From positions 96,001 to 160,000 of the forward strand of contig CAVXEP010000002.1 in assembly GCA_963760795.1 (NCBI GenBank): 64,000 nt of DNA. The letters run 5' to 3'. The translations under genes and the position numbers were made by a program. The DNA comes from an uncultured delta proteobacterium. GTDB taxonomy: Bacteria; Desulfobacterota; Binatia; UBA9968. Of the stretch, positions 40,388-51,501 are shown piece by piece. Every line of letters begins with the position of its first letter. The first letter of the stretch is position 1. A model generated the notes under the pieces. The model ran no database searches. It had not been told where the DNA came from and saw only the letters and a list, made by a program, of their open reading frames with translations.

Positions 40388-42553
40388 TTATTTCGCCAGC
40401 GGATTGGGCCGCAACTGAAATTGCACGGCCATCGGCTTGGCCCCTTTGCCGGTCTCTTTGAACCATGGCACGCGGTCGCCGGTTGCGCTCCACAGTCCGC
40501 GTCCCTTCCAGCCGGCTTTGGGATCGTCGATGCGGCCATCGAATCCTTTGGCGTAAAATCCCAGCGGATAGGGCACGCGCAAGGTGATCATCTTGCCGTC
40601 TTTATAGGCGATCAGGCCGTCGTTTAGATTTCCTGTAGACATCGGCACATCGTCGCCGAGTCCGAAAGTATTATGCTGGTCGACCCAGGTGTAATAACTC
40701 GACTCGGCGCTATTGTCGCCGAGACCCTTGAAGCCAGGACCGGGATATTGATGGAAAGCCCAGCCTTCGGGACAATGATCGCCGGTGGCCTTCGGCCCGT
40801 TGAGCGGACCTTTGCACTTGCGCCGATCGAAGCTACCAAGTGACCGCTCGCCAGCGACACCCAGACGACGCCTTGCTTGTCGATGTCGCCGCCGCGCGGC
40901 CCGAATCCGGGCAGCGGAACGTTGTAGATTTCCGTCAGCGCGGTCTCGTTGGGATTGCTGCCGGGCATCGAGCCGCACCACCGCACCGGGATTGGTGCGC
41001 CAAGTACCCCAGACGGAACCGTCCACCGGATTCGGCATCACAGCGTAAAAACCGGCGACGATGCGCTTATCTTTCTTCGGATCGACCGGCTGCGTCGGCT
41101 CGACATATTCGTCGCGCTTGCCGTTGCCGTTGGTATCGAGAACCATCGGCGTCCAACCCTGCGACTTCACATGATCGCCGGTCTCTTCCCAGATCTTAGT
41201 GTTGATCCAACCAATCACCGAACCACCGCCGCTGGTCCAGAGCGTTTCATTGGCGTCGTAACCGAACTGCAAATGGTGCGTCTGAAAACAGGTGTCGAAG
41301 TAGGTGTACTGCCCGGTCTTGGGATCGAGCATCGTCACATGGCGGTTGGTGCGCTCGATTGGAAAGACCTTCGCCGACGGATGGTCCGAGCCTTTCTTGC
41401 AATAGTCCGGATTGGGCGCACCGCGCACCGTCGCCGCGAACCACACCCGTCCTTTGCGATCGAACATGGCGTTGTGATTGTTCGCCTTGGTGTCCCACAG
41501 CTTCTCGTTACCCCAATAGGGCGACGGCTGCATGGGTCTTTCGCTCGCCGCATGTCCCGGCCCCAGCGCCTCCGGCGTGTTGGCGTCCCGTACTGGCAAC
41601 ACTAGAGTCGTCGCCGTATGGGTTTTCGGATCTAGGACCGGAATCAGGTCGGTGCTGTACTCGGCGGAGCCGTACAGCGGACCATAAGCGTTGACCGTCG
41701 GATAACGGCGGTCGGAAGCGATCAGATCATGGAGATATTTTTTCTCGTTGAGCCAGTCCCATGTCGTCACGACGATGTTGCGCTCCACCCCTTGCGGCCG
41801 CAGCGGTTTAGTATGGGGCAGCTCGCCCTTGGCGACCCGATCGGTCCAGTCCGCGAAATATTCCATCGGCGCGGCGCCAAGCTGAGTGACCAGGGTGTTG
41901 AACATTGACTCGCCCGATTGGCCGGATTGGATGCGGCGGAACCAAGCTTCCACGGAGTTGCTGAACTTGCCCATCGGGTAAGGAACGTTGCTCGGGAAGG
42001 TGCGCGTCGCGATCTGGCCCATCTGGTGACAGCCGACGCAGCCGTTGCTCTTCATCGAGTTGAGCCATTCGGTCTGGGTGATCTTGGCGGGAATGTTACT
42101 CTTGCCGCCGAATTCGCTCTTGTCCGGAATCTTCATCATCGCATACCAATGGATCGCCGGATAAATCTGCGCCGCGGCCGCTTCGTTGGGCGCCACGACA
42201 GCTTTCAAATTAAGAAGCTTGCCAGGCGCGCTTTTCACTTTGGGCGAATCAACCAAGCCGTAACCGCGCACCCAAATGCTGTAACTGGCCTTGGGCAAAT
42301 CCGGCAGCACATAGCGCCCGCCATCGTCGGTCACGACCATTCGGGCGAATCGTGTCGGCAAATCGTTGGTTTCCGCGATCACCCACACTCCCGCTTCCGG
42401 CCCTTTGGCGCTCGTCACCACGCCGCCGATGTCGTCATTATCGATTTGTACGGTGACGCTTTGTTGGCTGCTCAGCTGCACCGGATAGGCACACAGCAAT
42501 GCCGCCAGACCTACCGCCAGAAAACTAAAGTTCGATAACTTCTTTGCTATCAT
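40388..42553 (-). CDS. Secreted CxxCH-containing protein with carboxypeptidase-regulatory-like N-domain and probable beta-propeller region (paralog 1)
   Basis: Signal peptide, DDIGGVV..GPEAGVWVIAET, CVGCH, YLHD, THHL; two compensating frameshifts near 40970 and 40845. Confidence 0.8.
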   Translation of the reverse strand: MIAKKLSNFSFLAVGLAALLCAYPVQLSSQQSVTVQIDNDDIGGVVTSAKGPEAGVWVIAETNDLPTRFARMVVTDDGGRYVLPDLPKASYSIWVRGYGLVDSPKVKSAPGKLLNLKAVVAPNEAAAAQIYPAIHWYAMMKIPDKSEFGGKSNIPAKITQTEWLNSMKSNGCVGCHQMGQIATRTFPSNVPYPMGKFSNSVEAWFRRIQSGQSGESMFNTLVTQLGAAPMEYFADWTDRVAKGELPHTKPLRPQGVERNIVVTTWDWLNEKKYLHDLIASDRRYPTVNAYGPLYGSAEYSTDLIPVLDPKTHTATTLVLPVRDANTPEALGPGHAASERPMQPSPYWGNEKLWDTKANNHNAMFDRKGRVWFAATVRGAPNPDYCKKGSDHPSAKVFPIERTNRHVTMLDPKTGQYTYFDTCFQTHHLQFGYDANETLWTSGGGSVIGWINTKIWEETGDHVKSQGWTPMVLDTNGNGKRDEYVEPTQPVDPKKDKRIVAGFYAVMPNPVDGSVWGTWRTNPGAVVRLDARQQSQRDRADGNLQRSAARIRAARRRHRQARRRLGVAGERSLGSFDRRKCKGPLNGPKATGDHCPEGWAFHQYPGPGFKGLGDNSAESSYYTWVDQHNTFGLGDDVPMSTGNLNDGLIAYKDGKMITLRVPYPLGFYAKGFDGRIDDPKAGWKGRGLWSATGDRVPWFKETGKGAKPMAVQFQLRPNPLAK

Positions 42554-42660
42554 GTCGTTCTCCTTAGACTCCTATGACTCCATTCGTCTACCTGCGACTC
42601 TTTTTACCTCGAAGCATATCGATTCGCCAGAGAATCGTGCGCGAATTGTAACATCCTACA

Positions 42661-42942
42661 TCAGGGGCTGTACTCGTAAAGCGGCACCTTCGGTAGTGCT
42701 GTTGCCAGGGCTCGAAGAATTCTTTTGCGCACAGCGCTATCGAAATCCCGGCCATAGAAACGGAGGAACAGAGCCTTTAACGCGGCAGCCGATGCCGTTC
42801 GCTCGTCAGCCAGCGCCGATGCTCGAACCATCGCTCGTTCCGATGCGGACATGGAACACCCCATCTTGAGGCGTTCCTCGCCAGAAAGTTTCAGGAGCAT
42901 GTCACAATATTTGCGCTCCATCGGATCCGATGTGACTTTCAT
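42661..42942 (-). CDS. Small hypothetical protein (SGEERLKMGCSM type)
   Basis: LSGEERLKMGCSM and LFLRFYGRDF; resembles small proteins found beside nucleotidyltransferase genes (from memory, not searched). Confidence 0.5.
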   Translation of the reverse strand: MKVTSDPMERKYCDMLLKLSGEERLKMGCSMSASERAMVRASALADERTASAAALKALFLRFYGRDFDSAVRKRILRALATALPKVPLYEYSP

Positions 42943-43081
42943 TGCGCGGCCTCACGGATAGCGAGACTCAACACCCAACCGTTTGACCACCACATATCAC
43001 AGCCGACTTACATTTGCGGACTGCGCCCATTGTACTGCGCGTAGCACTCGACACAGACCGCCGAGTTCCGGCATGCGAACT

Positions 43082-45263
43082 CTATTTCGCCAGCGGGTCG
43101 GGACGCATTTGCCACTTCACGACTTTCGGCCTAGTGCCTTTACCGGTTTCCATGTGGAACGGCACTCTGCTGCCCTGGGTCGACCATAGTCCGCGGCCCT
43201 TCCAGCCCGCCTTGGGATCGTCGATGCGGCCGTCCAACCCCTTGGCGAAAAATCCCATGGGATAAGCAACGCGCAGGGTGACGAACTGGCCGTCGACCAG
43301 CGCCAGCATGGCGTCGTTGGCGTTGCCGGTGGCCACCGGCACATTCTCGCCCAAGCCCAGCGTGTTGAACTGATCCACCCAGACGTAATAGGCGGACTCG
43401 GCGCTGCCGGCATCCGTGCAGGTTTTGAAACTGCGGACCGGGAAACGGATACATCGCCCAGCCTTCAGGACAATGTTGCCCCGTCGCCGTCGGCCCGTTG
43501 AGTGGACCTGTGCACTTGCGGCGGTCGAAGCTCGCCAGATGGCCGCTCGACAGCACCGTCCAGACCACACCGTGACGATCGATATCCATGCCGCGCGGGC
43601 CATAGCCCTGCGCGAGTGGTTTGCCATCCTTCCAAGGTATCTCGTAAACCTCGGCCAGAGCCGTGTGCGGCGGGTTAGACCCGGGACTGAGGCGAACCAC
43701 CTGTCCGGGAAACACCCGGATCGATCCCCACACCGAACCATCGACCGGACTCCAGGCAATACCGTAAAAGCTCGCCTGGAGTTGTTTGTCCTTCGCCGGA
43801 TCGATCAGATCCTTCGGTCCGACATAGTCATCGCGCTTGCCGTTGCCGTTGGTATCGAGGATGAGCGCCGTCCATCCCTGTGACTTCTCCTCGTCATCAG
43901 TCTCTTCCAACATCTTAGTGTTAAGCCAACCGACCACCCCGGCACCGCCGCCGCCACTGGTCCAAAGTGTATTGTTGGCATCCTCGGCGAAGACCAGATG
44001 GTGCGTGCCGTAGCAGGTATTGATGAGTTTAAATTTAGCGCTCTTGGGATCGTACAGAGCCAGCTGGCGTCCGGAATTGTTGACCGCTGTCAGCTTCGCC
44101 GATGGATGCTCCGAGCCCTTCTTGCAGAAGGCTGGATTATCCGACGGGCGGATTCTCGACGTGAACCACACTCGCCCCTTGTCGTCGAGCATCGGGTTGT
44201 GCACCGTGGCCTGACTGTCCCACAGCCGTTCCTCGCCCCAAATCAGCGAGGGCCGATAAATCGGATCTTCCTTCGAGCTTGGCGTCTTGGGATCGCGCAC
44301 CGGCATTTTCATCTCGGTCGCCGTGTTGCGGACGGGATCGAGGACAGGAATCATATCCGTGCTGTACTCGGGCGCGCCGTAGAGCTTGCCGTAGCCGTTG
44401 ATCGTCGGATTGCGCTTGTCGGTGGCGATCTCGTCATGGAGGTAAGCCTTGGCGCTGCTCCATTCCCAGATGCTGACCACCGCGTTGCGCTCGACACCTT
44501 GGGGCCGGGAGGGTTTTGCAGCAGGCAGCTCGCCGGCGGCGATGCGATCGCTCCAGTCGGCAAACAGCAGCAAAGCCCGTTCGCTGTCGAGCCGATTCAT
44601 CTGATTCAGCATGCTCTCGCCGCCCTGTCCGACCATCATGCGTTGCGCCCACACACTCACTGAGGCGCCGGCCTTGTCCCATGCCTTGGAGACGGTGCGC
44701 GTCGCTTTGTTGCCGATTTGGTGGCAGCCGTGACAACCGTTCGATTTAATGTTGTTCAACCATTCGTACTGCGACCGCTGCGTCGTCGCCATGCCGTTGC
44801 CTTGAGGACCGGTGCCGGGGAACAAACTCTTGTCGGGGATCTTGAGCATGGAAAACCAATAGATCGACGGATAGTACTCCGCCGCCGCGGCTGGGCTAGG
44901 CGCCAGCACCGCCCTCAAGTTGAGAATTTTGCCGGGCGCGCTGCGCACCTTGCGCGAATCGACCAGACCGTAGCCGCGCACCCAGACGTTGTAGTTGGCT
45001 TTCGGCAGATCGGGCAGCAGGTAGCGTCCTTGATCGTCGGTCACCACCATCTTGGCGAATCTCGTCGGCAGATCGGTGGTTTCGGCAACCACCCACACTC
45101 CAGCTTCCGGTCCGTGCGAACTGCTGACTACGCCGCCGATATCGTCGTTGTCGATGCGTACGGCGGCGCTTTGTTGGCTGCTCAACTCAACCGGCAACGC
45201 AGCCAGCAAGGCGGCGATAGCGATCGCCAATCCACCGAGGTACACGAAGCATTTAGTCCCCAT
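43082..45263 (-). CDS. Secreted CxxCH/probable beta-propeller protein (paralog 2); frameshift near 43420
   Basis: CHGCH; C-terminus SAESAYYVWVDQ...QMRPDPLAK in ORF 43082-43759. Confidence 0.8.
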
Positions 45264-45487
45264 GATCTGGTTTCCCCCTGGCTAGCCGTATAGGTCTGGA
45301 GCGCCTAAACAGTAACGAATGGCACCGCGATGTGTCAACTAACAATCGCCATACTGTAGTAGCAACGTGATTCTGTCTGGGGTTAACGGCAACGTAATTA
45401 TGTCAGGGTGGAATGATTAAAACCCCGACGATGAAAAACGAATCTATTTCGCTTAGCAGCGCAACCTGGAAGCCGGGATTTTGCCTT

Positions 45488-47687
45488 CTACTTCGCCAGC
45501 GGACCGGGTCGCAGTTGGAACTTCACGACCTTGGGTTTGGTACCCTTGCCGCCTTCGATATGGTTGGTCGCTCTGCCGGCGTAAGCGGACCACAGCCCTT
45601 TGCCTTTCCATCCCGCCTTGGGATTGTCGATACGGCCGTCCATGCCCTTGGCGTGAAAGCCCATCGGGTACGGCACGCGCAGGCTGACGAACTTTCCATC
45701 CACTAATACTTCTAGGGAGTCGGTCGAATTACCCGTTGCAAAGGGCACGTTGCGGCCAAAGCCAAAAGTGTCGTGCTGATCCACCCATGTGTAATAACTC
45801 GCCTGTGCGCTGCCCGAATCGGTGAGGCTTTGAAATTGCGGGCCGGGAAATGGGTAGAGCGTCCAACCCTCGGGACAATGCTTTCCAGTCGCGCTCGGAC
45901 CGTTGAGCGGACCTTTGCATTTGCGGCGGTCGAAGCTCGCCAAATGGCCGCTCGCCAGCGGCACCCAGACGACGCCGTTACGATCGATGTCCATACCGCG
46001 TGGCCCATAGCCATTGACCGGCGCTCTCGGCTCGTCCCACGGCACCTCGAAGATTTCCGTCAGAGCGGTAGTCGATGGATTCTCACCGGGGCTGAGACGC
46101 ACCACGGCGCCGGGAAAGCTCAGCACCGAGCCCCAGATAGAACCGTCGTTGGGATTAAAGCCGATGCCGTAGTAGCCCGCCACGATGCGCTTGTCTTTGG
46201 CCGGATCGACCGGTTGAGTGGGCTCGACATAGTCATCGCGTTTGCCGTTACCGTTAGTGTCCAAGACAAACGGCGTCCAGCCCTGCGATTTCTGCTCGTC
46301 GCCGGTTTCCAGGAACATCTTGGTATTGAGCCAGCCGATGATGCCGCTCGCCGCGCCCCCGCTGGAGAGCCATAACGTATTGTTCGCATCCTCGGCAAAA
46401 ATCAGATGGTGCGTGCTAAAGCAGGTATCGATCAGAGTGAAGTTCTTGGTTCCGCGGATCGTACATGGAAAGATGGCGTCCGGCTCGCTCCATCGGAAAC
46501 ATTTTCGCCGAAGGATGCTCCGAACCTTTTTTGCAGAATGCGGGATTGGCCGGCGGGCGGATTCTCGATGTGAGCCAGACTCTTCCCTTGTCGTCGAACA
46601 TCGGATTGTGCACGGTGGCTTGGCTTTGCCAGATGCGCTCGGTGCCCCAGAACGGTGACGGCGCGAGCATCAGCGCTTCGGTTGTCGAGATGAACATCCG
46701 GTCCGAAGTGTTTGGCTCGCGCACCGGCACTTTGACTTCCGTCGCCACATGACGCACCGGGTCGAGGATCGGCATGAAATCGGTGCTGTCCTCGGGCGAG
46801 CCGTAGATCAAGCCATTGGCGTTGACCGCCGGATTGCGTTTGTCGCTGGCGATCTCATCATGCAAGTAAGCTGTCGGCGTCGCCCAGTCCCACAAAGTGA
46901 TGACAACGTTTCTCTCGACACCCCGCGGCCGCGCCGGTTTCGACGCCGGCAATTCGCCGGCGGCAATCCTATCGGTCCATTCGGCGAACAACTCCAGAGC
47001 CCGCTTGGGTTCGAGATCGTTTAAGTTGCGCATCATCACTTCGCTGGCTTGGCCGGAGAGCACGCGGCGCTGCCACGCGTCCAACGAAGTTTTGAAATCA
47101 CCAAGCTCTTTGCCAATCGTGCGCGTCGACTTGTTGCCCAGTTGGTGGCACGACATGCAACCGTGGCTTTTTACTCCCGCCACCCATTGGCCATGGCTTT
47201 TCAATTTCTCCGGCAAGCCGTTGCCCTTGTCCCCGGTGCCGGGGAACTGGCTCTTGTCGGGAATCTTGAGCATGGAAAACCAATAGATCGCCGGATAGTA
47301 TTCCGCGGCGGCGGCCGGACTCGGTGCGACCAGCGCTTTCAAATTGAGAATTTTCCCCGGCGAAGACTTAACTTTTGGCGCATCGACCAGACCGTAACCG
47401 CGCACCCAAACATCGTAGTTAGCCTTAGGCAAATCGGGAATGACATAGCGGCCGCGGTCGTCGGTGACCACGATCTTGGCGAACTTGGTGGGCAGATCGG
47501 TGGTCTCGGCGATCACCCACACGCCGGCTTCCGGCCCGTTCGCGCTGGTGACCACACCGCCGATGTCGTCGCTGTCGATGCTCAGGGTCGGACCCTGTTG
47601 GCTGCTCAGCCGGTCAGCGGATACTGTCAAAACGACAATGACGACTACGGCGAGCAAGTTCGAACTGGACAGCGTTCTCGCGTTCAT
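45488..47687 (-). CDS. Secreted CxxCH/probable beta-propeller protein (paralog 3); frameshift near 46450
   Basis: SD GGAGG before MNARTLS; CMSCH; C-terminal part is ORF 45488-46318. Confidence 0.8.
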
Positions 47688-47704
47688 ATCGCCCTCCTGT
47701 CCAC

Positions 47705-48006
47705 CGCCGGCGGTCGATAAGCCGATCAGCTTTCCTTTGAGATCGGCGAACCTTTTAATCTCGGGCCGGACAATCAAGCTGTAAACTGGATTGGTCGTCT
47801 GCGCGACGATGGCGACGGCGTCGGAACCCTTGAGCACGGCTTGAATCAAATAAGGCGTGGCGTTCTTGCCGGCGTCGATCTCGCCCTTGTCGAGCGCCGC
47901 AACGATCCGGTCCGTGCCGCCGGGAATCGGCACCACTTCCAGAGTTAAGCCTTCGCGAACGAAGAACCCCTTGCGCTCAGCAACCGCTAGCGGCAGCAGC
48001 GACAAG
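47705..48006 (-). pseudogene. Internal fragment of an NMT1-like SBP gene (diverged copy of 51071-51372)
   Basis: 302 colinear bp encoding LPLAVAERKGFF...LKGKLIGLSTAG, constant offset 3366 bp. Confidence 0.9.
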
Positions 48007-48099
48007 GTTCGCTCCCGCCGCAGCGAAAGCTTCGGCGATTGCCGCCCCAATCCCGCGGCCGGCACCGGTTACTACGGCGACCTGACCGCTTAAAGCCAT
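48007..48099 (-). pseudogene. 5' fragment of an SDR oxidoreductase gene
   Basis: MALSGQVAVVTGAGRGIGAAIAEAFAAAGANLV, then an abrupt join to the SBP fragment. Confidence 0.85.
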
Positions 48100-48130
48100 C
48101 CCCTTTTCGCTCGCCACGATTTCGTAGTGT

Positions 48131-48976
48131 TCAAGTGACGACGAGTGAATCCGCGGGTTGTCCGATCGCGGCAAGTGCGATGCGCCGCTGCTCTCGAACC
48201 GTAATCACACGGAACGAGCGGGCCGTTTTAACCGCCCAAAAGGCAAGCTCCTGGTTCTCCCGCGTCGTAGAGTATTTCTTGAGGACGTTGATACAATCCA
48301 TCCCATGCGTGAGATCTTTGCTCGCGTGCAACCGCCAGAGCCGGATTGAGCCTTCCGGAACGTCGCAAAGCTGTTCCACAGTGCGCGGTAGCGCCGTCAC
48401 TGAATCTTCTTCCTTTTTCATGTAACCGCGCGCCACAGCGACCCGCGCGGCTTCCAATCCCCCCATGGCCGCGTAGCCGCCTTGCCACGGAAGCGTCCGG
48501 GTCAGGTTGTCGAGCGCATGCATGCAGGCCATTAATACAGGAGTCGGCTGAAAATTCTCCACTTCCTCTCTCGATATGCCAACGACTTCCACATCGCGAT
48601 ACAATACTTCGATATGCGACAATCCTTGGGCATCAGGATCGGCCACTTCTTCATCCATGCAGTCTTTGAGAATCTCTTGGCGCACATCCTGATATGGACA
48701 GCTTGCCGCCACGTTCATCAAGTAACTAGGAAACAGCTTCGCGAAAATCGAATGGAGCATGCGCTCGGTCCCGAAAAAGCGCCGCGCCACCTTAGGATCC
48801 TTGAGCACCACCTCAGGCAACGGCGTATGGTCGCTGCGAAACGCCCGAAACGAGTCCGCGATCGCCTCGAGAAATTTATGTTCAAACTCTTCAGGGGAAA
48901 GCGCGTCTGGAGATCTCTCCAGGGGGTAGAGAAAATAGGTTCTCGTGACCTTGGTGTTACCGGCTGCCAGGCTCAT
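48131..48976 (-). CDS. Heme-oxygenase-like (PqqC/TenA/CADD-like) iron-containing redox enzyme
   Basis: DEE...SHIE, GGLE, HASKDLTH candidate metal ligands; helical. Confidence 0.7.
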   Translation of the reverse strand: MSLAAGNTKVTRTYFLYPLERSPDALSPEEFEHKFLEAIADSFRAFRSDHTPLPEVVLKDPKVARRFFGTERMLHSIFAKLFPSYLMNVAASCPYQDVRQEILKDCMDEEVADPDAQGLSHIEVLYRDVEVVGISREEVENFQPTPVLMACMHALDNLTRTLPWQGGYAAMGGLEAARVAVARGYMKKEEDSVTALPRTVEQLCDVPEGSIRLWRLHASKDLTHGMDCINVLKKYSTTRENQELAFWAVKTARSFRVITVREQRRIALAAIGQPADSLVVT

Positions 48977-49067
48977 AGGGGCCTCCTTTGATTCTTATGT
49001 TGTAGGTATCCACTGCGCAAACATCGTCATTCCTCAACGATACGCGGTAGTACAATCCAGCAAAACG

Positions 49068-50102
49068 TTACTCGGCCAGTGCCATTTTTCTAAATTTCTC
49101 TTGCAGCTCTGCGGCAATGCCGAGCTGTGGCTTTACGAATTTGTCGAGAATTTCATCTGCAGTCATAAAGTCGCCGCCAAGTTGCAACTTGTCCATCGCC
49201 GATTCGTACTCTGGCGATGTCATCGCCCGTTTCACCACGTCTCGGAGCATCTGCAGGACGCCCTTCGGCGTCTCTTCTCTGACCAGCCAGCAAGTCTGCA
49301 AATGCCAAGGCGCCTCGGCAACGCCGTAGAGGATCTTTTGCTCATCGGTGAAATTAAACGCCCTCAACACATAAGGAGCGTCAGGATAGCCTGGAATTTG
49401 GCCCGGAATCAATTTGCCGACAACTTTTAACTTGCCCGCGTCGAGATGCTGCTTTGCCGTCGACAGCAGTTCCGGAGTGGCGTCCGCCTCCCCACGGAGA
49501 ACCGCCAACAGGCGCGCCGTCCCTCCTGGATATCCGCTCACAAGCTTCATCCTTATTCCGATCATGCGCATGATCCGCGCGGGGTTTTCCACAGTACTGC
49601 CCAACGTATCTGCGGACCAAACGATCGGGTTTTTGGCTTGAGACCATTCACTGATGCTCGCGTAAGGAAGCTCCGCGCGCTGCATGATTGGCATGTAATC
49701 GCGCTTGGCTCCGCCAAGAAAATGCCAGCGGCGCACGTCATATTTGATCTCGAGACCCAGGAGCTGATAGAGGGGATAGCCGATGTGGCATTGCAGTATG
49801 GTCAGGTCCGGCCCGGTTTCGCGCATGAACAGATTACCGGCGACTATTCCACCCGCGCCTGCCACGTTTTGGACCGCGATGGTCGGGTTGCCAGGTATAT
49901 ACTTTTGCAACAAAGGAGCCAAAGCGCGGCTCTGCAGATCCACGCCGCCACCAGGAGCAACAGGAACGATGACCCGAACAGTTTTCCCGGCAAACGAGAC
50001 TTGCGCATCAGCAGCCAGCCCGATGCCTGCGAGCAAGGATAAGTAGACCAGAGCAGCAGTGACTCCGATAATCCCGACAAACATTTCTCGTCCGGCTCTC
50101 AT
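49068..50102 (-). CDS. TctC/Bug family substrate-binding protein
   Basis: FAGKTVRVIVPVAPGGGVD, NVAGAGG, GYPGG, RGEAD. Confidence 0.85.
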   Translation of the reverse strand: MRAGREMFVGIIGVTAALVYLSLLAGIGLAADAQVSFAGKTVRVIVPVAPGGGVDLQSRALAPLLQKYIPGNPTIAVQNVAGAGGIVAGNLFMRETGPDLTILQCHIGYPLYQLLGLEIKYDVRRWHFLGGAKRDYMPIMQRAELPYASISEWSQAKNPIVWSADTLGSTVENPARIMRMIGIRMKLVSGYPGGTARLLAVLRGEADATPELLSTAKQHLDAGKLKVVGKLIPGQIPGYPDAPYVLRAFNFTDEQKILYGVAEAPWHLQTCWLVREETPKGVLQMLRDVVKRAMTSPEYESAMDKLQLGGDFMTADEILDKFVKPQLGIAAELQEKFRKMALAE

Positions 50103-50498
50103 GGCGACCTCCATTGTCAAGATTGCATCCGTGGAATGTCCAATCGCCTTGATCGACTCGTATCTCAAGCGTCGCCTCGATGTCAATGTTAATGTTGGTT
50201 CACTGTTAATGATGCGTCACACCAATCCGCGCGCTGGAATTTGCCCTGCGAGTCGCAATTTTTTGCTCAACTCTCAGCTCCCCGCTGATTCACCCCGGCC
50301 TTCTTTACTTCGATCAGGAACAACTATTTCGAGCCTTCCACGCTGAAATGAGCTTGGTCAACAACAAATAAACAATAGACTTTGTATCCCACGGGAACTC
50401 CAATGAATGGACTTCCAGCGATCAGGTTTTAGCAGGTCGCGCCCCCTCAGTCGCTGTTAAACACTTGAGCAGCAGCGCTCGCCGCGACGATGGAGTAA

Positions 50499-51494
50499 TT
50501 ACTGAATCCCGGCAGACTTTAGAAATTGCAGATCGACGAAGCGGCTCGCTGGCGCAACGGGTGAAGGTATGACCGCGGCCTCGCCCATGAGCGAAAGCAC
50601 CCGATCGAATGCACGCAAATCCAACTCACCGCGCCGAGGCAGCACGTTGTTATCGGTCTGCGTGTAAGGCGCGAAGATTTGCCGCGCGGTGTCGTCAGAA
50701 ATTTTTAGCGTATCTTTGACGATGTTCAAAACCTCGTCGTGATTCTTTCCATCGTTGATATATCGGTACGCCGCCGCGAAGCCACGCACCATGCGCACGA
50801 GCACGTCTTTGTTTTTCTCACCCCACGCGCGCCGCGCCATATCGACGTTGAAGATCAGATCCGCCCCCGCTTCATAGGTAAACGCCAAGCGTGGATAGCC
50901 TTGCCGAATCGCTTCCAAATCCTCCGGCTGGCCCATCGGCACGGCGGCGCACTCGCCGGACTTCAAACATTCAAAACGCGCCGACGTGCCGACCACCGGC
51001 TTGGCGCGAAAGTCAGCGGCTTTTAGCCCTTTGCTTGCGAGCAGGCGCACCGCTGACAGCGTAATCGTGTCGCCGGCGGTCGACAATCCGATCAGCTTTC
51101 CTTTGAGATCGGCGAAGCTTTTGATCTCGGGCCTGACGATCAAGCTGTAAACTGGATTGGTCGTCTGCGCGACAATGGCGACGGCGTCGGAACCCTTGAG
51201 CACCGCTTGAATCAGATAAGGCGTGGCGTTCTTGCCGGCGTCGATTTCGCCCTTATCGAGCGCCGCGACGATCCGGTCCGTGCCGCCGGGAATCGGCACC
51301 ACTTCCAAGTTAAGCCCTTCTCGGGTGAAGAAACCCTTGCGCTCGGCGACGGCTAGCGGAAACGACGACAAGCTGCCGGCGGACGTGGCGTTCTGACCGT
51401 AGCGCAGCGTGATTAGTTCGGCAGCGGTTGCGCCATTCGCAAGCCAAGCGCAGAGCAGTGCGCCGGCGATAAAGAACATTCGATCATTCATCAC
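50499..51494 (-). CDS. NMT1/SsuA-like ABC substrate-binding protein
   Basis: Signal peptide; LRYGQ, AERKGFF, FADLKGKLIGL. Confidence 0.88.
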   Translation of the reverse strand: MMNDRMFFIAGALLCAWLANGATAAELITLRYGQNATSAGSLSSFPLAVAERKGFFTREGLNLEVVPIPGGTDRIVAALDKGEIDAGKNATPYLIQAVLKGSDAVAIVAQTTNPVYSLIVRPEIKSFADLKGKLIGLSTAGDTITLSAVRLLASKGLKAADFRAKPVVGTSARFECLKSGECAAVPMGQPEDLEAIRQGYPRLAFTYEAGADLIFNVDMARRAWGEKNKDVLVRMVRGFAAAYRYINDGKNHDEVLNIVKDTLKISDDTARQIFAPYTQTDNNVLPRRGELDLRAFDRVLSLMGEAAVIPSPVAPASRFVDLQFLKSAGIQ

Positions 51495-51501
51495 GCCTCA
51501 A

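Noticed and set aside
46416-48065. 549-aa ORF as a novel SBP-cytochrome fusion
   Set aside because: Chance in-frame read-through from gene remnants; paralog 3 has its own SD, ATG and signal peptide at 47687
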